DNA of 64,000 bases from Candidatus Omnitrophota bacterium (GTDB lineage: Bacteria > Omnitrophota > Gorgyraeia > Duberdicusellales > 4484-171): positions 5,144 through 69,143 of the forward strand of contig JBDRAN010000056.1 in the NCBI GenBank assembly GCA_043823745.1, given 5' to 3'. The position numbers and the translations under genes are program-made. Position 1 is the first letter of the stretch. Each line of letters begins with the position of its first letter. Positions 57,610-64,000 of the stretch are shown here, piece after piece. The notes below the pieces were generated by a model that did not search any database, had not been told where the DNA came from, and saw only the letters and a list, made by a program, of their open reading frames with translations.

Positions 57610-59913
57610 ATGGATGAGAAACTAAATTTTTCCTCAAACGCCCTCATTGTTTTAAAAAAACGGTATCTTAAGAAAGATGAAAATGGAACAGTTGTAGAAA
57701 ATCCACGGCAACTGGTCGAGCGTGTCGCTGAAGCGATTGCATCCGTTGAGCGCCGCTACGGCGTCGATAAGGCAAAGATCGAGGCAATCAAAAAAAGTTT
57801 TTTTGATATTATCTCGAATCTTGAATTCTCTCCTAATTCTCCGACCTTAATGAATGCCGGCAAGGATCTCGGGCAACTTTCAGCTTGTTTTGTGGTCCCG
57901 GTTGAAGATTCTATGGAGTCAATCTTCGACGCGATTAAGGCAACGGCGTTGATCCATAAGACCGGTGGCGGCACGGGCTTTAGCTTTTCGCGACTTCGCC
58001 CGCATACCAGTATTGTGAAGTCTACCGGAGGAGTTGCGTCAGGCCCGGTATCGTTCATGAAAGTATTTGACGCCGCGACACAGGCGGTCAAGCAGGGTGG
58101 AGCGCGTCGAGGCGCTAACATGGGGATCCTGCGTGTCGATCATCCGGATATCCTGGAATTTATTAAGTGCAAAGAGAAGGAAGGGGAAATTTCAAATTTT
58201 AATATTTCAATCGCCCTGACCGATGAGTTTATGGATCGAGTGCTTAAAGAAGAAGAATATAGTCTTATCGATCCACATACGAGGTTAGCCGTAGAAAAAA
58301 TGAACGCGCCGGAGGTGTTCAATCTCATCGCATCCTACGCGCATAAGAACGGCGAGCCGGGGATTGTTTTTATTGATAGGATCAATCAGGGTAACCCTAC
58401 GCCACAGATAGGTGCTATCGAAAGCACCAATCCCTGCGGAGAACAGCCGTTGCTTCCTTATGAGTCCTGCAACTTAGGTTCTATTAATCTGGCAAAAATG
58501 CTTAAAAGCACCGAGAAAGGCTTTGAGGTTGACTGGGGTAATTTAAAACGCGTTACGACGCTCGCCACGCATTTTCTTGATAATGTTATCGATGCCAACA
58601 AATTCCCGCTCCCGCAGATCAAAGAGAATACCTTAAAGACACGTAAAATCGGCCTCGGTCTTATGGGGTGGGCTACGATGCTTGGGTATCTTGGTATTCC
58701 CTATGATAGTGACGAAGCGATTGAGCTGGCCAAGAAAGTTGCTGATTTTATTTATACCTGCGCCAAGGAAGAATCAATCCGCTTAGCGCGTGATCGTGGT
58801 GTATTCTCTGCCTGGAAGGGGAGTCTGTGGCAAGAAAGGAATATTAAGATACGTAACGCTACGTTGACAACAGTGGCCCCTACCGGCACTATCAGTATCA
58901 TTGCAGGCCCTACGTCGTCGGGAATTGAACCAAATTTCGCTCTTTGTTTCTTCCGTAATGTGCTTGACGGAGAAAAACTTGTTGAGGCTGACCCCGCGTT
59001 TGAATACATAGCAAAGAAACAGGGGTTTTATTCGCAAGAGCTGATGCAAAAGATTGCGTCGGGAGAGAGTATCCAGAATATGGAGGAAATTCCCGAGAGC
59101 GTGAAAAGAGTGTTTAAGACCGCCATGGAAATTTCTTCGTTCTGGCACATCAAACAACAGGCAGTGTTCCAAGAATACACCGATAACGCGGTTTCAAAGA
59201 CCATTAATCTTCCGAATACTGCGACCGTTGAGGACGTGAAGGAAGCGTATTTGCTGTCCTATAAATTGGGGTGTAAAGGCATTACGGTTTATCGCGATGG
59301 TTCGCGTGACGTCCAGGTGCTCACGGTTGACGCTAAGAAAAAGAATGAGCAAGCACCTGAGGTGTTATCTCAAATTCTTCCAAACTCTCAATTTGTCTCT
59401 TTTCCGCGCCCGCGGCCCGAAGTAATTCTGGGAACTACCACGAAGGTTACAACCGGTTGCGGCAATCTGTATATTACGATTAACCATGACGAAGAAGGTA
59501 GTCTTTTTGAGGTTTTTACCCAGATGGGCAAAGCTGGCGGATGCGCGGCAAGCCAGCTCGAAGCACTCGGTCGTCTTATTTCGTTATCGTTACGCGGCGG
59601 CATTGATATAAAGGTTGTGGTAGAACAGCTCAAGGGTATTCGTTGTCCGTCGCCAAGCTGGGCTAACGGAAAAAAGATTTTTTCCTGCGCTGATGCGATC
59701 GCGCGAGTTCTTGAAAAGCGTGGGGTTGATCAGAAAGAGATGGTACAGGCGGGTGTGCCCGCGCGGCAGGAAGAAAAAGTTTTGGTAAAAAAGATTACCG
59801 GCAATAGCACCGGGTTTAATAATATCGTCGGCGTTTGTCCCGAATGCGGCTTCGCGCTCAGGCATCAGGAAGGCTGCGTGTTGTGTGACGCGTGCGGATA
59901 TTCAAAGTGTTAA
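57610..59913 (+). CDS. nrdJ: Class II (adenosylcobalamin-dependent) ribonucleotide reductase with a C-terminal zinc ribbon.
   Basis: NPCGEQPL catalytic motif and a C-terminal CPECG...CVLCDACG cysteine cluster, 767 aa. Confidence 0.9.
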   Translation: MDEKLNFSSNALIVLKKRYLKKDENGTVVENPRQLVERVAEAIASVERRYGVDKAKIEAIKKSFFDIISNLEFSPNSPTLMNAGKDLGQLSACFVVPVEDSMESIFDAIKATALIHKTGGGTGFSFSRLRPHTSIVKSTGGVASGPVSFMKVFDAATQAVKQGGARRGANMGILRVDHPDILEFIKCKEKEGEISNFNISIALTDEFMDRVLKEEEYSLIDPHTRLAVEKMNAPEVFNLIASYAHKNGEPGIVFIDRINQGNPTPQIGAIESTNPCGEQPLLPYESCNLGSINLAKMLKSTEKGFEVDWGNLKRVTTLATHFLDNVIDANKFPLPQIKENTLKTRKIGLGLMGWATMLGYLGIPYDSDEAIELAKKVADFIYTCAKEESIRLARDRGVFSAWKGSLWQERNIKIRNATLTTVAPTGTISIIAGPTSSGIEPNFALCFFRNVLDGEKLVEADPAFEYIAKKQGFYSQELMQKIASGESIQNMEEIPESVKRVFKTAMEISSFWHIKQQAVFQEYTDNAVSKTINLPNTATVEDVKEAYLLSYKLGCKGITVYRDGSRDVQVLTVDAKKKNEQAPEVLSQILPNSQFVSFPRPRPEVILGTTTKVTTGCGNLYITINHDEEGSLFEVFTQMGKAGGCAASQLEALGRLISLSLRGGIDIKVVVEQLKGIRCPSPSWANGKKIFSCADAIARVLEKRGVDQKEMVQAGVPARQEEKVLVKKITGNSTGFNNIVGVCPECGFALRHQEGCVLCDACGYSKC

Positions 59914-60031
59914 TGCTCAGATAATCACAGATTGAAAACACAGATTAGCGTGGACGCATACGTTTGGTCATATCTGTGGCGATCTGTGATTTTTTATCTG
60001 CGCTCACCTGTGTAAAAAAGAAAGGAAAACG

Positions 60032-60832
60032 ATGATCAAAGTGGTTCTGTTGCGGCACGGGGAAAGTGTCTGGAATGTAGAGAACAGATTCACCGGCTGG
60101 ACCGATGTTGGGCTTTCGGAAAAGGGGGCCAAAGAGGCGCATGCTGCTGCTTGGTGGCTCACCAAGGAAGGTTTTATCTTTGATGTCGCTTACACGTCGG
60201 TCTTAAAGCGCGCGATTAAAACTCTCTGGATGGTCTTAGAGGATATGGATCTTATGTGGATTCCGGTCTACAATTCCTGGCGCCTCAATGAACGTCATTA
60301 TGGAGCGCTGCAGGGGTTAAATAAAATGGAGATGGTAGAAAAATATGGTGACCAACAAGTGCTCGTATGGCGGCGAAGTTACGATACACAGCCGCCCGTG
60401 CTCTCGACTCATGACGAACGGTCCCCGTCGCGCGATCCACGCTATAAAGATTTAAAAAAGGAAGAACTCCCGCTTACTGAGTGTCTTAAGGATACGGTAG
60501 CGCGGTTTCTACCCTATTGGCACGGGACTATCGCGCCGGCGATAAAAGAGGGTAAACGCGTTGTTATCGCCGCGCACGGAAATTCCTTACGGGCACTGGT
60601 TAAATACTTGGATAATATGTCGGATAACGATATTGTGCAGCTTAATATTCCTACCGGCATTCCACTGGTCTATGAGCTTGACGATAATCTGAAGCCTTTG
60701 AAGCACTATTATTTGGGCGATCCTGAAGCTATCAAGAAAGCAGTAGAGTCGGTGGCAAACCAGACCAAAAAGAAAGAGGTAGCGGAAAAGAAAATAAAGC
60801 AACAAAGAAAGAAGAAACGAAAAAAGAAATAA
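60032..60832 (+). CDS. gpmA: 2,3-bisphosphoglycerate-dependent phosphoglycerate mutase with a Lys-rich C-terminal tail.
   Basis: [14 protein letters not shown] and the histidine phosphatase fold. Tail [21 protein letters not shown]. Confidence 0.9.
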   Translation: MIKVVLLRHGESVWNVENRFTGWTDVGLSEKGAKEAHAAAWWLTKEGFIFDVAYTSVLKRAIKTLWMVLEDMDLMWIPVYNSWRLNERHYGALQGLNKMEMVEKYGDQQVLVWRRSYDTQPPVLSTHDERSPSRDPRYKDLKKEELPLTECLKDTVARFLPYWHGTIAPAIKEGKRVVIAAHGNSLRALVKYLDNMSDNDIVQLNIPTGIPLVYELDDNLKPLKHYYLGDPEAIKKAVESVANQTKKKEVAEKKIKQQRKKKRKKK

Positions 60833-60940
60833 CATTTACTTACGAGTTGGTTTCCCATTATGTCGCTTTTTGAGGCTTGTGATAAAAGCTTTCGGAAAGC
60901 GACATTTGTTTTTTTGGCTCCGTGTGATACAATTGCCCGT

Positions 60941-62785
60941 ATGAAAAAGTATGACTGTATTATTATCGGAGCCGGCCACGCCGGCATTGAGGCTGCCGCA
61001 GCCAGCGCGCGGCTTGGCGCTTGTGTGCTTCTGGTCACCCTCTCGCTTGATACGATCGGAAAACTTTCCTGTAACCCTGCCATCGGAGGCGTCGCTAAGG
61101 GCCACTTGGTGAGGGAGGTAGACGCGCTCGGGGGGCTTATCGGAAAGATCACGGACACCTGCGGTCTTAATTACCGTATTTTGAATAAAAGTAAGGGCAA
61201 AGCGGTCTGGGCGACACGGGCACAGGTAGATATGGTCCAGTATTCTTTGATTGCGCGAAAGTTCCTCGAGCAAATCCCGGGTCTTGAAATTCTTGAAACA
61301 AAAATAAATAAAATTGTCGTAAAGAATAAAAAGGTTTGCGGCGTTGAGACGAACTTTGGAGAAGTGATTGCCTCAAAAGCAGTTATTGTGTGCGCCGGAA
61401 CATTTTTAAAAAGCATCATACATATCGGTATGCAGAGTTTCTCAGGCGGCCGCCTCGCCGAAGGCTCAAGTGATGAGCTTTTTGACAGTCTTAAAAAATG
61501 CGGTCATCACCTGCATCATTTTAAAACCGGAACTTGTGCGCGTCTTGACGGGCGCAGCCTTGATTATTCCGGGATGATACCGCAAGGTCCTGACTATGAA
61601 ACTCAGCCTTTTTCTTTTCTGAACGAAAAGCTTCCCGAAGACCAGCGTAATTGTTTTATCACCTATACCAACGCGAAAACGCATCGTATCATTCTTAAGA
61701 ACCTGAAACGATCGCCGCTCTACACGGGTAAAATAAAGGCTCACGGAGTGCGTTATTGCCCGTCACTTGAAGACAAAATCGTAAAGTTTCGCGATCATGA
61801 CCGCCACCAGATTTTTATCGAGCCCTGCGGACGGGAGAGTATCGAAATTTACCCAAACGGACTTTCAACGTCACTTCCTTTTGATGTGCAACTTGATTTT
61901 ATTCGCAGCATTGAAGGCCTGGCGCGTGCCCGGATGCTCAAGCCCGGCTACGGTATTGAACATGGGTGCATTGACGCCCGCGAGCTGGGCCAGACGTTAG
62001 AATCAAAACGTGCCCGCGGACTTTATTTCGCGGGTCAGGTTAACGGTACGACCGGTTATGAGGAGGCAGCAGCTCAGGGCTGCGTCGCCGGGATTAATGC
62101 AGCCTTGATGGTTAAACACAGGAAACCTTTTATTCTTCGCCGGCAGGATGCGTTTACCGGGGTGTTGATTGATGATCTCACCCTGAAAGGAACTGATGAG
62201 CCGTATCGCATGTTTACGTCACGGTCTGAATTTAGACTTACCCTCAGAGAAAGTAATGCTGATGTCCGCCTTGGGCCTTTAGCGTGGCAGCTTGGGTTAA
62301 TAAGCAATGATGTCTTTGAGCGTGTGAAGCAAAAGAAAGACCAGATCGCCCGGGAGCTCGCACGGTTGCGCGCGACGCGCGTTGTTATCGACGGAGCAAA
62401 GCGTTCGCTCCATGATTTTTTCAAACGTCCGCAGACTCAATACGAGGACCTTTCAAAATATTGTCCGGCTGCCACCCCAAGCTCTTCGGTGAGGCGTGAA
62501 GTTGAGATTGAAGTAAAATACGAGGGTTTTTTGCGCCGCGAAGCAATATGGCTTGGTGAGCTAAAAAACCTTGATAAGATAAAAATACCCCGCATTAATT
62601 ATAAAGAAATTTCTTCCCTGTCGCGGGAGGTCGTGGAAAAACTTACGCGTTACAAGCCGCATACGCTCGCCCAGGCTCTCGCAATCAGTGGTATTACGCC
62701 GGCCGCAATCGTGTCGCTGTATATGTTCATACGTACCCGGCAGCAGCGGAGTAAGGGCTTACATATGGGGATACGAGAGGGCTGA
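60941..62785 (+). CDS. mnmG: tRNA uridine-5-carboxymethylaminomethyl modification enzyme MnmG (GidA).
   Basis: FAD motif DCIIIGAGHAGIEAA, 614 aa from the ATG at 60941. Confidence 0.9.
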   Translation: MKKYDCIIIGAGHAGIEAAAASARLGACVLLVTLSLDTIGKLSCNPAIGGVAKGHLVREVDALGGLIGKITDTCGLNYRILNKSKGKAVWATRAQVDMVQYSLIARKFLEQIPGLEILETKINKIVVKNKKVCGVETNFGEVIASKAVIVCAGTFLKSIIHIGMQSFSGGRLAEGSSDELFDSLKKCGHHLHHFKTGTCARLDGRSLDYSGMIPQGPDYETQPFSFLNEKLPEDQRNCFITYTNAKTHRIILKNLKRSPLYTGKIKAHGVRYCPSLEDKIVKFRDHDRHQIFIEPCGRESIEIYPNGLSTSLPFDVQLDFIRSIEGLARARMLKPGYGIEHGCIDARELGQTLESKRARGLYFAGQVNGTTGYEEAAAQGCVAGINAALMVKHRKPFILRRQDAFTGVLIDDLTLKGTDEPYRMFTSRSEFRLTLRESNADVRLGPLAWQLGLISNDVFERVKQKKDQIARELARLRATRVVIDGAKRSLHDFFKRPQTQYEDLSKYCPAATPSSSVRREVEIEVKYEGFLRREAIWLGELKNLDKIKIPRINYKEISSLSREVVEKLTRYKPHTLAQALAISGITPAAIVSLYMFIRTRQQRSKGLHMGIREG

Positions 62786-62810
62786 GATTGCCCTATAAGG
62801 GGGGGGTGGT

Positions 62811-63083
62811 ATGAGTCTTAAAATATTTTTTGCCGCTTTTAGCACTATCTTTATTGCTGAGTTATTTGATAAAACCGAGCTTGCAGTGCTTTCTCTTTCC
62901 GCTAAAGAAAAAAGCAAAATGTCAGTCTTCCTGGGTGCGATGGCGGCATTTTTCCTAGCGACGCTGCTGGCGGTTCTCTTCGGCCATCTTCTTGAGCGTT
63001 TTGTTAATCCTAAGGTTATGCGTTACGTGAGCGCCGGAATATTTTTTATAGCGGGGGCGTTGATATTATTCGATAAGCTTTGA
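62811..63083 (+). CDS. UPF0016 (GDT1/TMEM165) family membrane protein, single-repeat half-size form.
   Basis: E-x-x-D-K-T motif (ELFDKTE) in the first TM helix, 90 aa with three TM helices. Confidence 0.6.
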   Translation: MSLKIFFAAFSTIFIAELFDKTELAVLSLSAKEKSKMSVFLGAMAAFFLATLLAVLFGHLLERFVNPKVMRYVSAGIFFIAGALILFDKL

Positions 63084-63155
63084 ACGCGAATTGACACCAA
63101 GAGCACGATGACACAGCTTTGCAATAACTGTAATCTTTCCCTCATCGTTGTAATC

Positions 63156-64000
63156 TTAACCAAGGCGGGAGACGATGAAATCGGCAAAGCGTTCTGTGGC
63201 ATGTGCTGAGCCGATAGTTTCCCTAAGATTCGCGAGTTCTTTTTTAACGGCAGCGTAGGTGTGCGTATCGCTTAATGTCGCGACGGCCGTATGAGCAAGA
63301 GCTTCAGATGTTGCGGTATCCTGCAGGAATTCTTCAATTATTTTTTTCTTAGCCAGTATATTAACCATCCCGATAAAATCTGTTTTAACCATTCTTCGCA
63401 GAATACTCCAGGTGAGTGCGTTAACCTTATAGAGTATCACAAAGGGGACCTCCAATAATGCGATCTCAACCGTTGCGGTTCCTGATGAGGTGATAATGAA
63501 GGCTGATTCGCCGATGGCTTCGTAGGAATGCTCGATGACCGCGATCGAGGGGTTAAAGCGAGCGTAGTATTCAAGAGGTATGTTGAGCGGCCGGATGATG
63601 CGAAAGGTATACCCCGGTAAGCGCGCGCGTATCAAGGGTACAGCCTCAAGCATTACCGGTAGATGTCGTTTTATTTCATTCTCACGTGACCCCGGTAAGA
63701 GGGAGATGACATTTTTCTTTGAGAATTTTTTTTGCGGTATTATTTCTAAGAGCGGATGACCGAAATATCGCGCTACGATCCCTTCCTTTTTGTAGAATTC
63801 TTCTTCGAACGTAAAGATAACCACCATTTCTTTGACGTAGCGCCGGATGAGCTCTATCCGGCCCTTACGCCAGGCCCAGACTTGCGGGCTAATGTAATAG
63901 TAGAGCGGGTATCTGTTGTTCAAGGTTTTAGCGAGACGTAAATTGAAGTCAGGAAAATCAATAGGGATTACAAGGTCGGGCTTTATCCGGTCAATTTCTT
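63156..64000 (-). CDS. lpxB: Lipid-A-disaccharide synthase LpxB (the 5' end runs off the window).
   Basis: IDFPDFNLRLAK...YYISPQVWAWR signature. The ORF stays open to nt 64000 on the minus strand. Confidence 0.85.
   Translation of the reverse strand, partial: EIDRIKPDLVIPIDFPDFNLRLAKTLNNRYPLYYYISPQVWAWRKGRIELIRRYVKEMVVIFTFEEEFYKKEGIVARYFGHPLLEIIPQKKFSKKNVISLLPGSRENEIKRHLPVMLEAVPLIRARLPGYTFRIIRPLNIPLEYYARFNPSIAVIEHSYEAIGESAFIITSSGTATVEIALLEVPFVILYKVNALTWSILRRMVKTDFIGMVNILAKKKIIEEFLQDTATSEALAHTAVATLSDTHTYAAVKKELANLRETIGSAHATERFADFIVSRLG

Overview
This window is a chromosomal segment of about 48-50% GC from a diderm (Gram-negative type) bacterium. The diderm call rests on LptE, a BamD-like lipoprotein, Lnt, LpxB, a LpxL-family acyltransferase and MurJ. 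It is dominated by housekeeping genes with conserved local synteny: ftsH-folP, pdxJ-(insertion)-acpS, hom-thrC-argS-recJ, lptE-holA, rpsT/murJ, prfB-secA-lnt, plus nrdJ, gpmA and mnmG. There are five tRNA genes: Thr-UGU, Gly-UCC, Pro-GGG, Leu-CAA and Ala-GGC. No rRNA, CRISPR array or classical IS/transposase was seen. The most unusual content is non-coding. First, an ~85-nt hairpin element occurs three times and shows compensatory base-pair changes. Second, a group I intron-like core (R and S elements) is joined to a tRNA-like 3' exon, next to an ORF with an HTH and a LAGLIDADG-like region; this sits at the end of an AT-rich island downstream of tRNA-Thr. Third, there are several dispersed repeat families: CTCT-loop mini-hairpins that include an 87-bp tandem array, AGCTGA-rich palindromic repeats next to tRNAs, GGGACG tandem repeats, and TAATTCGCG-type direct-repeat boxes upstream of many start codons. 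Fourth, two NrdR boxes overlap a sigma70-like promoter upstream of class II RNR. All calls rest on reading the sequence and motif recall; no searches were run.
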